Assembly: GCA_033977065.1 (NCBI GenBank)
Contig: JAXCHI010000002.1
Span: 96,001-160,000 of the forward strand
Source: Candidatus Algichlamydia australiensis
GTDB taxonomy: Bacteria; Chlamydiota; Chlamydiia; Chlamydiales; JAJFMI01
Direction: 5' to 3'
Length of the DNA stretch: 64,000 bases
How positions within the stretch are numbered: the stretch's first letter is position 1; every line of letters begins with the position of its first letter. Positions 28,665 to 38,645 of the stretch are shown here, piece by piece. The translations under genes were made by a program, and so were the position numbers. The notes under the pieces were generated by a model. It was not told where the DNA came from. It ran no database searches and saw nothing but the letters and a program-made list of their open reading frames with translations.

Positions 28665-29459
28665 TTAAGTTTTATAGAGGTTTTTTTTGGAGATGCCTTT
28701 GAGTTCAGCAGCTACTTTTATTGCCTCTTTGCGCATGAGGGTAAATTCTTGCTCAAGTTTTTCCATTAGTTCTTCGGCAGAGAGGTCTTCAAAAGCTTTG
28801 GTCTGGCCTTCACCTTTGAGAATCAGAACCATTTCACCTTTGGGTTCTCTGTTTTGAAAATGTGCCACCAGATCTTTTGCCCTATCAAATAGAAATTCCT
28901 CAAACTTTTTTGTGAGCTCGCGGCAGACCGCAACCTCCATTTCAGGAGGGAGTGCTTCTAAGGCTTTTTTTAAGTGGTGAGGAGTTTCATAAAAAAGCGA
29001 AAGACCGGGGTAGCAGTAGGCTTTGGCAAAGAGCTTTTTCATTTCGCCTGTTTTTTTGGGGACAAACCCAAGAAACTGGAATGGAGTTGCCTCTAAGCCA
29101 GAGAGGGAGAGAGCAGTGGGAATGGCGCAAGGACCGGGAAGAGCAGTAATAGAAATGTTTTCTTGATGGCAGCGTGCAACTAGTCGCGTACCGGGATCCT
29201 GAATAAGTGGCGTTCCCGCATCACTAATTAAGGCAATTTGCTCGCCATTTTGCAGTTTTTGTACAATTTCTTCTTCGCGTTTGGCCTCAGAAAAACTATG
29301 AAAAGAGAGGGTCTTTGTTGCAATTTCATATTTTTTTAAAAGTGTTGAGGCGTGACGTGTATCTTCGCACAGAATGAGATCGCACTCTTTCAAAACACGG
29401 ATTGCGCGCAGAGTCATATCTTCTAAGTTGCCGATAGGTGTAGGGACAATGTAGAGCAT
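28665..29459 (-). CDS. rsmI: 16S rRNA C1402 2'-O-methyltransferase
   Basis: MLYIVPTPIGNLEDMT, CEDTR, SDAGTP, RELTKKFEE. Confidence 0.95.
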   Translation of the reverse strand: MLYIVPTPIGNLEDMTLRAIRVLKECDLILCEDTRHASTLLKKYEIATKTLSFHSFSEAKREEEIVQKLQNGEQIALISDAGTPLIQDPGTRLVARCHQENISITALPGPCAIPTALSLSGLEATPFQFLGFVPKKTGEMKKLFAKAYCYPGLSLFYETPHHLKKALEALPPEMEVAVCRELTKKFEEFLFDRAKDLVAHFQNREPKGEMVLILKGEGQTKAFEDLSAEELMEKLEQEFTLMRKEAIKVAAELKGISKKNLYKT

Positions 29460-29465
29460 AAGATA

Positions 29466-29536
29466 AGGTGGCACCCAGATTCGAACTGGGGATAGAGGCT
29501 TTGCAGGCCCCGGCCTTACCACTTGGCTATGCCACC
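29466..29536 (-). tRNA. tRNA-Cys(GCA)
   Basis: GGTGGCATAGCCAAGTGGTAAGGCCGGGGCCT GCA AAGCCTCTATCCCCAGTTCGAATCTGGGTGCCACCT. Confidence 0.95.
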
Positions 29537-29545
29537 ACTACGGAA

Positions 29546-29699
29546 ATACTGAACAACTCGGACTTTCCAATAAGGTCTTGAAAATTGGCCAAATTCAATT
29601 TTTCGAACTCGCTAACTCTTGTGGAGTTAGTTCCGCTCTGTAAAATTGATTTTGTCACAATTTTGAAGCCCTTCTTGAAAAGAGCACTTGCTTCAGTAT
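29546..29699. repeat. 154-bp TA-bounded hairpin element, type F
   Basis: ATACTGAA...TTCAGTAT termini; arms pair around CTAACTC-TTGTG-GAGTTAG. Confidence 0.75.
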
Positions 29700-29772
29700 C
29701 TCCTCATCAAGACATTATACATTTGGAAGAATTATCTCGCAAACAAGTGGAAAGGTTTCTCGCAATTCCAGT

Positions 29773-30966
29773 ATGGTTGGAGACATGAGAGTTGCAATTG
29801 ATAGCCGGCAAGTTCGTCCTGGAATGACCTTTTTTGCCTTGAAGGGGGAGAAAGTGGATGGACACTCTTTTTTAGAAGAGGCGGCGAAAAGAGGTGCTGT
29901 AAAGGCAATAGTTGAAGAAGGATATCAAGGTCCGGACTTTGGAATGGAGCTTGCTTCTGTCTCTGATGTAGAAGAGGAGTTGCAGAGACAGGCAAAGGAG
30001 TTTCGCAAAAAAATTCAGGCAAAAGTAGTTGGGGTTACGGGATCAGTTGGTAAAACAACAGCTAAAGAATTTATTGCTACTCTTCTAGAATCTTCTTTTC
30101 GTGTGGATAAGAGTGTTGGGAGTTTCAACTCCCAATTGACACTCCCTCTTTCTATTTTAAATGCCGATCTTGACGCAGAGGTGCTAGTTCTCGAAATGGG
30201 GATGAGCAAACCAGGAGAGTTGGCAAAGCTTACGGAAATTGCACAGCCGGAAATTGCAGTTATAACAAAGATCGCTTACTCGCATAGCGAGAACTTTGCA
30301 GATCTAAATGGAATAGCGCAAGCAAAGGCAGAAATTTTGCAAAGTCCTCGCTTAAAAAAAACGTTTGTAGGAAAGCAGGCGAAGAGCTTTTCTCCATTTT
30401 CGTCCGGAGAGGTCCCAGAAGAGTCCAGCATTGTGCTGCCATTTGAAGCTTACCATTTGCAAGAAAATTTTATTCTTGCAAAAGCTGTTGCAGAGTATCT
30501 CGGAGTCCCTTTTTTAGAAATTTGCAAGCAGGCAAAAAAGCTCTCCCCTTTTTCTCATAGATTTGAGAGAATAACCTTAGGTGGCATCACTTTTATTGAC
30601 GATTCTTACAATGCAAATCCTGCATCTATGAAGGCAGCGTTGCAAAATTTACCTGAAGGTAAACGGAGGATTGCTGTACTGGGTGAGATGCGTGAATTGG
30701 GAAAATTTTCTCAAATATCACATGAACAGATAGGAAGCATTGCGGCAGAAGAGGTGGACCTCCTCTTTACTTTGGGTGAAGAGGCAAAGGTGCTCTTTGA
30801 CCGTTTTGCTCTTTCAAAAAAGATGGCCTGCCACTTTACAGATAAAGAGAAGCTACTGCAAGCTCTTCGCTCCGAGGTTTGTGCAGGTGATGTAGTGCTT
30901 CTAAAAGGCTCAAACTCTTTACAAATGTGGACGTTACTTGATCACTTCTCTTCTACAATGGTTTGA
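29773..30966 (+). CDS. murF: UDP-MurNAc-tripeptide--D-Ala-D-Ala ligase
   Basis: IDSR, GVTGSVGKTTAKE, DDSYNANPASM, LGEMRELG, LLKGS; start 29773 or 29785. Confidence 0.95.
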   Translation: MVGDMRVAIDSRQVRPGMTFFALKGEKVDGHSFLEEAAKRGAVKAIVEEGYQGPDFGMELASVSDVEEELQRQAKEFRKKIQAKVVGVTGSVGKTTAKEFIATLLESSFRVDKSVGSFNSQLTLPLSILNADLDAEVLVLEMGMSKPGELAKLTEIAQPEIAVITKIAYSHSENFADLNGIAQAKAEILQSPRLKKTFVGKQAKSFSPFSSGEVPEESSIVLPFEAYHLQENFILAKAVAEYLGVPFLEICKQAKKLSPFSHRFERITLGGITFIDDSYNANPASMKAALQNLPEGKRRIAVLGEMRELGKFSQISHEQIGSIAAEEVDLLFTLGEEAKVLFDRFALSKKMACHFTDKEKLLQALRSEVCAGDVVLLKGSNSLQMWTLLDHFSSTMV

Positions 30967-32041
30967 ACAAGCGGGATGGCATGTGCCGGCTGTTTTCTTT
31001 TATCTCTCCACGCGCATGATTCTTGCTGCGCTCTTTTCCCTCATGTTTACGATTTGTTTCGGTCCTTTTTTTATTCGCAAGCTTACAGAATTGAAAATGG
31101 GGCAGCCGATTCGCAAAACAGAAGCACCTCGCTTAGGAGAGTTGCATGCAAAAAAAGATAATACTCCAACGATGGGAGGGATTCTTATTGTTGCTTCCGG
31201 TCTATCATCTCTGCTTCTCTTTTCGCGGTTAACCACTCCTTACACTTGGATTCTTTTTATCTCAACAATCTGGCTCGGGGTCATTGGTGGGTATGATGAT
31301 TACTTGAAACTGAAGCATAAAAATCCCAAAGGACTTTCGGGAAGAAAAAAATTTTTGGGACAGCTCTTGCTCGCTATTGGGATTGGAGTCTATCTTTTTT
31401 GGCCCGCAAAAGAGTCCATTCCTTACTTCTTTCCTTTTTTCAAAAATCCTATTTTTATCCTCTCTGGAGTTGGTCTGATCGTCGCATTTTTGATTACGCT
31501 TTTTGTTATTGTAGGAGGCTCAAACAGCGTCAATTTAACAGACGGCTTAGATGGTTTAGCTTCAGGGCTTTTGGTTTTTGTCTTTCTTGTCTTTGCGCTT
31601 ATAGCTTTTTTAAGTAATAATCTTAAGATCGCAAATTACCTCAATCTTCTCTATATCGAAGGGAGCGGTGAGATTGCTGTTTACTTAAGTGCTCTTTTTG
31701 GGGCATCTCTCGGATTTTTGTGGTTTAACGGCCATCCTGCACAAGTTTTTATGGGAGATGTGGGATCGCTCACTTTGGGGGGAATCATGGGAGTTTCGGC
31801 TGTTTTACTCAGACGCGAATTTCTTCTCGCAATTGTAGGTGGGATTTTTGTTGCAGAGGCGCTTTCGGTCATTTTGCAGGTGGGGTTCTATAAATGGAAA
31901 AAGCGGCGCATTTTTCTTTGCGCGCCTCTGCACCACCATTTTGAGTACAAAGGCTGGCCCGAAACAAAAGTTGTCTTGCGTTTTTGGATCATTGGACTTA
32001 TTCTAGCTATGCTGGGCTTAGCGTCCATTAAGTTTCAATGA
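30938..32041 (+). CDS. mraY: Phospho-MurNAc-pentapeptide transferase
   Basis: TPTMGG, NLTDGLDGL, FMGDVGS, APLHHHFE. Confidence 0.97.
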   Translation: MITSLLQWFEQAGWHVPAVFFYLSTRMILAALFSLMFTICFGPFFIRKLTELKMGQPIRKTEAPRLGELHAKKDNTPTMGGILIVASGLSSLLLFSRLTTPYTWILFISTIWLGVIGGYDDYLKLKHKNPKGLSGRKKFLGQLLLAIGIGVYLFWPAKESIPYFFPFFKNPIFILSGVGLIVAFLITLFVIVGGSNSVNLTDGLDGLASGLLVFVFLVFALIAFLSNNLKIANYLNLLYIEGSGEIAVYLSALFGASLGFLWFNGHPAQVFMGDVGSLTLGGIMGVSAVLLRREFLLAIVGGIFVAEALSVILQVGFYKWKKRRIFLCAPLHHHFEYKGWPETKVVLRFWIIGLILAMLGLASIKFQ

Positions 32042-33141
32042 AAAAAGCACTGATCATAGGGATGGGAAAAAGTGGCAAAGCTGCAAAAGCTTTGCTAGAA
32101 AAGAAGGGGTACTACCCTGTCTGTTTTGATGGGAAGGGGGGAGAGTTACCAAAAAATTTGGATCTTGTCATTCTCTCTCCAGGAGTGCCTCCTTCACATA
32201 CACTTGTGCAGCAAGCTCAAGCTGCGAGTGTTGAGGTGATTGGAGAGATGGAGCTCGGTTTGCGTTATTTGCAGCAGCGAGCAATTGGAATTACAGGGAC
32301 AAATGGCAAGACGACAACAACTCTTTTGATCACACACGCTTTGCAGTCTAGCAGGATAAAGGCGCGGGCAGTCGGCAATGTTGGATTGCCGCTCTGCGAA
32401 TATTTGCTTGCCCCCAACCTTAAAGAGACTCTTGTGTTGGAATTTAGCTCGTTTCAGTTAGAGACGTGCACGACTAAAGCTTTAGAAAGTGCCATTTTGC
32501 TCAATATAACGCCTGATCATCTTGATCGTTATGAGAATTTTGAAGCGTATGCAAAAACGAAATTTCGTATAGGAGAGTTGTGCGAGACCCTTTGGCTGGG
32601 AGAGGATGTAAAAAAAATATTTGAAACATATTCCCCAACGCGTGACACTCGGGAGTATAACGAAGTCTCTTTTTTGCAAAGCATTGGTGCGGATGCTGCC
32701 CAAGCAAGAGAGAGTTTTGTTTACCCTCAGCATCGCTTTGAGCGCTTAAAAACCCTGCACGGGGTGGAGTTTGTGAACGATAGCAAAGCGACAAATGTAG
32801 AGGCTGTTCTGCATGCACTGAAGCAGGTGGATCGCTCCGTACTCCTTTTAGTTGGAGGGCGCGATAAGGGAGCAAATTTTATGGATTTACTCCCTTCCTT
32901 AAAAAAAGTTCGTAAAATCTTTGCATTTGGTGAAGCAGGGGGTAAAATAGAGATGGCGCTTAAAGGGTCGTGTGAGATTTCACGCTTTGGTACCCTCGAA
33001 GAGAGTTTTGCTCAGGCTGCAAAAGAGGCAAAAGAGGGAGAGATGGTTCTCCTTTCGCCAGCTTGCAGTAGTTTGGATGCCTTCGCCAATTTTGAAAAGA
33101 GGGGAGAGAAGTTTAAACAGATGGTAGAGGAATTATCATGA
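32038..33141 (+). CDS. murD: UDP-MurNAc-L-Ala--D-Glu ligase
   Basis: ITGTNGKTTT, EFSSFQL, PDHLDRY, NDSKATN, LLSPACSS. Confidence 0.95.
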   Translation: MKKALIIGMGKSGKAAKALLEKKGYYPVCFDGKGGELPKNLDLVILSPGVPPSHTLVQQAQAASVEVIGEMELGLRYLQQRAIGITGTNGKTTTTLLITHALQSSRIKARAVGNVGLPLCEYLLAPNLKETLVLEFSSFQLETCTTKALESAILLNITPDHLDRYENFEAYAKTKFRIGELCETLWLGEDVKKIFETYSPTRDTREYNEVSFLQSIGADAAQARESFVYPQHRFERLKTLHGVEFVNDSKATNVEAVLHALKQVDRSVLLLVGGRDKGANFMDLLPSLKKVRKIFAFGEAGGKIEMALKGSCEISRFGTLEESFAQAAKEAKEGEMVLLSPACSSLDAFANFEKRGEKFKQMVEELS

Positions 33142-33755
33142 ATCGAAGAGATATCATTATCACAGCAGTTTTAATCAATGCAGGTCTACTTATTGTCCTC
33201 TTCATTAGTTCACTCAAGAGTCACGATCCAAAAGAGCTTGTGATGACAAAAAAAGAGGTTGTAGAGAAGAAACCAAAAGTTGCAGCAGCAAAAAAAGAGG
33301 TGGCACCTGCCCCTCCAAAGACGCCTCTTGATAAAGCGCTGGCCGCTCATAAAGCTGCAGAGCCAAAAAAAGAGGTGGCAAAAAAGCCTGAAGCAAAAGT
33401 TGCTGCAAAGCCTGAAGCACTCGCAGTTGTAGAGGTGAGTAGTGGGGATGCTTTAGAAAAGATTGCACGTCGCCATAATGTTGATGTTGATGAGCTGATG
33501 CGCATCAACAATCTGACCTCCGCAAGATTGCAGATTGGCCAAAAACTCAAAGTTCCTTCTGCAAAAAAAGTAGCGCAGAAAACAGAAGCAAAGCGCGATG
33601 AAAAAGGAGAATACTATATCATTCGTCATGGAGACAACCTCTGGAATATAGCGCGTGAACATAAGATTAAATTTGAAGAGCTTCTAGATCTGAATAATCT
33701 CGACGAAGAAAAATCGCGAAGACTTAAGCCAGGTGAACGCATTCGTATCAAATGA
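33138..33755 (+). CDS. LysM-domain protein (chlamydial NlpD-like position)
   Basis: N-terminal anchor and two LysM motifs (GDALEKIARR, GDNLWNIARE). Confidence 0.88.
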   Translation: MNRRDIIITAVLINAGLLIVLFISSLKSHDPKELVMTKKEVVEKKPKVAAAKKEVAPAPPKTPLDKALAAHKAAEPKKEVAKKPEAKVAAKPEALAVVEVSSGDALEKIARRHNVDVDELMRINNLTSARLQIGQKLKVPSAKKVAQKTEAKRDEKGEYYIIRHGDNLWNIAREHKIKFEELLDLNNLDEEKSRRLKPGERIRIK

Positions 33756-34846
33756 ATCGTAGCTGGCTATTTGGAATAACTCTTGCCCTCTTTTTTATTG
33801 GGCTAGTGTTGATCTACAACACCACTTCAGCTGAGGTCATTGACCGAGAGCTAGCGCTCTCTCCCTTTAACGCAACAATCAAGCAGTTTCTCTACGCAAT
33901 TTTTGCTCTTTTTGTCTGTGGGGGTATCTGGTTTGTCGGTTATGAAAGGCTGATTGATTTGAGTCCGAAGCTCATGACCTACACAGTGATCTTTTTGCTG
34001 CTCGTTTTTTTTCCTGGAATTGGAATGAAAATTAATGGGGCGCGTCGCTGGATAGGGTTTGGAGGATTCTCTTTCCAACCTTCGGAGCTCGCAAAAGGAG
34101 TGATCCCGCTCTACTTTATTTTTTTAACTACAAGTGAAGAGAAGTTTGGTTTAAACGCTTTCGTCCACTTTCTTTTTCGCATTTCTCTACCGCTTTTTCT
34201 TATTTTAATCGAGCCCGATAACGGCACAACAGCTTTGATTTTGGCGACACTCTGCGTTCTCTTTTTTTTGAGCGAGGTGAAGATGAGTTGGTGGGCAACC
34301 CCCCTCTGCTTCTTGACTCTTTTCGGAGCTTTGATTGCCTCACAAATGAGCCATGTTGCGGCCCGGATTAAAATTTACCTTCATCCTGAATTAGACCTTC
34401 TTGGCCGTGGGCATCAACCCTATCAAGCAAAAATTGCCTCTGGTTCGGGGGGATTTTTTGGACGAGGCCTTGGAGAGAGCTTGCAAAAACTGAACTATCT
34501 TCCCGAAGCGCGTAGCGACTATATTGCAGCGATCTATGCTGAAGAATTTGGTTTTGTGGGAGTGGTTATTTTAATCCTCCTCTATGTTGCCATTGGCTAC
34601 TTTGGCTTTCGCATCGCCATGAAAGCACCAACGAAACGCGGCTTCTTAGTGGCAGCTATAGTTACTTTTCTGATTACATTCCAGGCCTTTATCAATTTAG
34701 GTGTAGTCTCGGCTCTTTTGCCAAGCAAAGGGATGAGCCTACCTTTTCTTAGCCAAGGAGGAACATCCTTGCTCTTCAATATGATCCTGATGACTCTACT
34801 TTTTCAAGTAGGAACGGAGGAGAGGTGCGCCCAAAAATCTTACTAG
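33752..34846 (+). CDS. ftsW: SEDS peptidoglycan polymerase FtsW
   Basis: NGARRWI, FQPSELAK, LPEARSDYI, LPFLSQGGTS. Confidence 0.93.
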   Translation: MNRSWLFGITLALFFIGLVLIYNTTSAEVIDRELALSPFNATIKQFLYAIFALFVCGGIWFVGYERLIDLSPKLMTYTVIFLLLVFFPGIGMKINGARRWIGFGGFSFQPSELAKGVIPLYFIFLTTSEEKFGLNAFVHFLFRISLPLFLILIEPDNGTTALILATLCVLFFLSEVKMSWWATPLCFLTLFGALIASQMSHVAARIKIYLHPELDLLGRGHQPYQAKIASGSGGFFGRGLGESLQKLNYLPEARSDYIAAIYAEEFGFVGVVILILLYVAIGYFGFRIAMKAPTKRGFLVAAIVTFLITFQAFINLGVVSALLPSKGMSLPFLSQGGTSLLFNMILMTLLFQVGTEERCAQKSY

Positions 34847-35730
34847 CTGCAGGTGGTACAGGAGGGCATATTTTACCCGCCCTTAAAATTCAGCAGGAGC
34901 TTTCTGATTTTTGTGATGTAAAAATTGCTGGAGTTGGTTTAAAAGAGGGGATTGCTATTCCTGGTGGACCGCTCTCACCCCGCTCTTTGCCACAAATTGC
35001 TTGGGGCATTCTAGCCTCTGAAAAACTCCTCCGCAACTTTTCACCTGATCTTGTTATTGGGTTTGGAAGCTATCATAGTTTTCCTCTTGTTGCTGCAGCG
35101 CGTCGACGTAAAATTCCTCTCTGGCTTTTTGAAGCAAATCGTGTGATGGGACGTGTAAATGGACTTTTTGCTAAAAAAGCCAAAGTTTTTTCTCTTTTCC
35201 CGAGTAGTTTTGCTACAGCTATTTCCATGCCTCAGCCACCTCTCATTAAAAGTTGTCAATCCTCTCCTACGATTCTTGTTATTGGCGGTTCACAAGGTGC
35301 CAAGGCATTAAATGAAAGAGTTCCCCCCATCTTAGATTCTATGGAGGGGATTCAAGTCGTGCACTTAACGGGAAGAGGCAAAAGAGCTACCTATCAAAAA
35401 ACTCCTGCAAAAGTCATTGAGTACGAGAGCCAAATGGAGAGAGTGTATGGGGCAGCTGATTTTGTCATTGCGCGAGGAGGAGCTAGCACTGTTGCCGAAA
35501 TTTTGCACTATAAAATTCCCTCTCTTCTCATTCCTCTACCAGGTGCAATACGTGATCATCAGGCAGAAAATGCCATCTATTTGCAAGACTTAGGAGTTGC
35601 AACGATGGTACGGGAGGAGGACCTAAATTCGCAAATTGTAAAAAGTGCATTTGCCAATCGCAAAAAAAATTCTTTTCCTCAGCAAGATTTTCCCAATTTC
35701 ATCAACCTTATCCGTAAGGAAGTTCTATGA
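34825..35730 (+). CDS. murG: Lipid II GlcNAc transferase
   Basis: GGTGGHILPA, GGSQGA, RGGASTVAE, HQAENA. Confidence 0.93.
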   Translation: MRPKILLAAGGTGGHILPALKIQQELSDFCDVKIAGVGLKEGIAIPGGPLSPRSLPQIAWGILASEKLLRNFSPDLVIGFGSYHSFPLVAAARRRKIPLWLFEANRVMGRVNGLFAKKAKVFSLFPSSFATAISMPQPPLIKSCQSSPTILVIGGSQGAKALNERVPPILDSMEGIQVVHLTGRGKRATYQKTPAKVIEYESQMERVYGAADFVIARGGASTVAEILHYKIPSLLIPLPGAIRDHQAENAIYLQDLGVATMVREEDLNSQIVKSAFANRKKNSFPQQDFPNFINLIRKEVL

Positions 35731-36974
35731 CACACTTCATTGGAATTGGAGGAATAGGAATGAGCGCCTTGGCTCACCTTCTGCTTGATCAAGGAAAAAC
35801 TGTAACAGGCAGTGATCGTAAAGCTTCATCTATCACTAAAGAGTTAGAAAAGCGCGGAGCAAAAATTGATCTTACAGGGAGGGGAAAATATGTAGAGCAA
35901 GCGGATGAGATCGTTGTAAGTACTGCCATTTCAAAAGATCATCCGGAGATACTTTTAGCAAAAGCGCCTATTTTACATCGCTCCGAACTTTTAGAAAAAG
36001 AGACAGAAAAACAGAAACTTCTTGCCGTGACGGGAAGTCACGGTAAAACAAGTACATCAGCACTCCTTGCTCATACTCTGCAAAATCTTGATTCAAGCTA
36101 TGTTGTGGGAGGGATTGTACCAACACTACCAGCTCATGGACACTTTGGGAAAGGGGAGTATTTTGTTGCGGAGGCAGATGAGAGCGATGGCTCTTTTTTA
36201 CGAGGAACTCCATACGGTGCCATTATTACTTCAACAGAACCGGACCACCTCGATTTCTGGAAAACACCTAAAAGACTTGAAGAGGCTTACGCAACCTTTA
36301 GTAAGAATGTTTCTGGCCCGCTCTTTCACTATAATAAAAATTATGGCTATGGGAGTGATTGGCAATTAGAGAGCTGTAAACAGCTGGGGCCAAAAATTCA
36401 CTTTACCATCTCCTACAAAGGAAAGACTTTTTTACCCCTTACACTTAACGCAATTGGTGAGCACCAAGCGCTCAATGCCTTAGCTGTCTTTGCACTCTGC
36501 ATTGAACTGGGGCTTTCAGAAAGGGATCTGCAAAAGTCTTTTGCCTCATTTCGTGGAGTGAAAAGACGCGCAGAGTATTTAGGAGAGCACCTTGGGGCTT
36601 ATTTTTACGATGATTATGCGCATCATCCTACTGAAGTAAAAGCCATTTTGAAATCCCTCCGTGCTGCATACCCGACAAGACGCATTGTGGCCCTTTTCCA
36701 ACCGCACCGTTACTCCCGCTTTGCCCATGAATGGGAAGCCTTTTCTAAGAGTTTTACCGATGCTGATAAGCTCATCATTACAGATGTGTGGGAGGCTGGA
36801 GAGGCGCCTATAGAGAGGATTTGTCCCAAGAGATTCGCACAAGAAATCGGAAGTTGCTATCTTAGGCGGGATCAGCTACCGGGAAAGATTCAGAAAAACG
36901 ATCTGGTTGTTACCCTAGGTGCCGGAGATATCACATGCGTGTTAAGAAAAAAGTTCCTCTGCCAAAAGCGCTAG
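35727..36974 (+). CDS. murC: UDP-MurNAc--L-Ala ligase (not fused to Ddl)
   Basis: HFIGIGGIGMSALA, GSHGKTST, EADESDGSF, DDYAHHPTE, FQPHRYSR. Confidence 0.95.
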   Translation: MTHFIGIGGIGMSALAHLLLDQGKTVTGSDRKASSITKELEKRGAKIDLTGRGKYVEQADEIVVSTAISKDHPEILLAKAPILHRSELLEKETEKQKLLAVTGSHGKTSTSALLAHTLQNLDSSYVVGGIVPTLPAHGHFGKGEYFVAEADESDGSFLRGTPYGAIITSTEPDHLDFWKTPKRLEEAYATFSKNVSGPLFHYNKNYGYGSDWQLESCKQLGPKIHFTISYKGKTFLPLTLNAIGEHQALNALAVFALCIELGLSERDLQKSFASFRGVKRRAEYLGEHLGAYFYDDYAHHPTEVKAILKSLRAAYPTRRIVALFQPHRYSRFAHEWEAFSKSFTDADKLIITDVWEAGEAPIERICPKRFAQEIGSCYLRRDQLPGKIQKNDLVVTLGAGDITCVLRKKFLCQKR

Positions 36975-37741
36975 CCATCATCGTCTTTTCTACACTACTC
37001 ATTTCAGGCTCAGGCTATTTCTGCTTACGCTCCTGGCAAAAACACCAAGTAAAACGGGCTCTTGATCCCGCTTATAATCTGCGCTATATCCAGGCAAAGG
37101 GCGATCTTCCTAGCCACTATATAGAAGAACTTTTGGGGTTATCTAAAGAGATTCAAGTCTCCTATTATCAATTTGATGAAAAAGAGGCAGAAGAGCATCT
37201 CTTGCGCTATCCAACAATTGCAAAAGCGGAGGTAAAAAAACTCTTTCCTCAAACCTTAAAAGTTCACATAAAAGTGCGCAAACCAATTGCGAAGCTCCAT
37301 GACTTTGAAAATACCCTTGTGGATGAAGAAGGACACTTGATTCCGCAACACCCGCTCTTCTCGGCTCAGAAGCTTCCGCAAATCTATCTTGGGCTACAAG
37401 ATTTTGATCAGACGATCTACCAGAATGAAGAGTTTTGGCAAGAGCAGCTCTCTGGAGAAGATTTTGACCTCTCTTTGCGTTTTATTAAACTGCTTTTGAA
37501 CCGTGATTTTTCCTTGTCGCGCGTTGATCTTTCCAATCGGCAGAACTTAAGCCTTGGAAAAAGAGAGATTGTCTTAATGCTTAGGAATCAGGATGGTACA
37601 ACCCACGCGCTGCGGCTTCCAACAAAGGATTGGGAAAAGCAGTTATCCAACTATCTCTCTATGCGCGAAGAGTGTGATTTTTTTGGCAAAGACCGCGTGA
37701 TCGACATGCGCCTGCCGTCTCTTGCCTATATCAGCGAATAG
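36935..37741 (+). CDS. FtsQ/DivIB-like POTRA protein
   Basis: Single TM, POTRA-like IAKAEVKKLFPQTLKVHI, C-terminal IDMR; follows murC. Confidence 0.7.
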   Translation: MRVKKKVPLPKALAIIVFSTLLISGSGYFCLRSWQKHQVKRALDPAYNLRYIQAKGDLPSHYIEELLGLSKEIQVSYYQFDEKEAEEHLLRYPTIAKAEVKKLFPQTLKVHIKVRKPIAKLHDFENTLVDEEGHLIPQHPLFSAQKLPQIYLGLQDFDQTIYQNEEFWQEQLSGEDFDLSLRFIKLLLNRDFSLSRVDLSNRQNLSLGKREIVLMLRNQDGTTHALRLPTKDWEKQLSNYLSMREECDFFGKDRVIDMRLPSLAYISE

Positions 37742-38221
37742 ACATCTCAAAATATGATTCTATTGCTGCAGTAAGGAGAGCTTGTGCATTTATTCTTTAA
37801 TCTGGTTCTGCCACAACTTCTGTGATAAATGGTACGCGAGATCGACAAATGCAGATTTCGCGTACCAAAATCATTTTAAATATTTAGAAATTAACATGTT
37901 GTGAATACAGAAAAAAGAGCCCCTCTCTATTTGGAGGGAAACAGAAATCCAAAGGACATCAACCTCCAAAGCAGACTGATCTAAAAGCGACCAATAATTA
38001 GAAAGGGGCAAGTGTTTATTATTAAATGTTATTATCAGTTAACCAAATAGTATCAAATTAGAATTAAACTGTAATAAATATTATTTAGTGTTGTAGGTAA
38101 AGAGGTTAGTGCTGATGGATTCGATTTTTCTTTTGTCTTTTTGTTCCGATTTCTGCTATGCTTGGGCGTGAGAGTCAAACAAGGGCTCTAATATTTTGAA
38201 CTTTTACGGAGCGTCTGAGCC

Positions 38222-38385
38222 ATGAACCTATCCAACTAAACATGCTTTTGCCTTTTTCCACATTTTTGGCTGGATTTTGAGCTATTTTTTCAAACAACTT
38301 AATTAAGTTGTTTTCAAAAAGATCCCAAAATCCTTCTCAAAACTGAGAAAAAATTTCAAAAGCAGCTTTAGTTGGATAGGTTCAT
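38222..38385. repeat. 164-bp hairpin element, type G
   Basis: Perfect 19-bp termini ATGAACCTATCCAACTAAA / TTTAGTTGGATAGGTTCAT; central palindrome AAACAACTTAATTAAGTTGTTT. Confidence 0.85.
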
Positions 38386-38413
38386 TCAGTCCCTCCCTTA
38401 CAACTTGAGAATT

Positions 38414-38644
38414 ATGAAAGATTTTATTGCTTATATTATTAAAAACATTGTGTCTAAACCCGATGATGTGAACATTGAAGTAAACGAGGGAGAGCAAAGT
38501 ACTGTTGTCGATATTCATGTTGACAAAGAGGACATCTCCAAAGTAATTGGTAAACAGGGCCGTACCATTAAAGCGATCCGCACAATTGCGCTTGCTGTAG
38601 GTGCCCGCTACGGACGTAAAGTCCGCATTGAGGTAATTCAATAG
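38414..38644 (+). CDS. khpA: KH-domain RNA-binding protein (KhpA family)
   Basis: IVSKPDDV, DISKVIGKQGRTIKAIRT. Confidence 0.88.
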   Translation: MKDFIAYIIKNIVSKPDDVNIEVNEGEQSTVVDIHVDKEDISKVIGKQGRTIKAIRTIALAVGARYGRKVRIEVIQ

Positions 38645-38645
38645 T

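Noticed and set aside
29460..29522. N-terminal extension of RsmI in the ORF track
   Set aside because: It is a translation of tRNA-Cys; the conserved protein starts at MLYIVPTP
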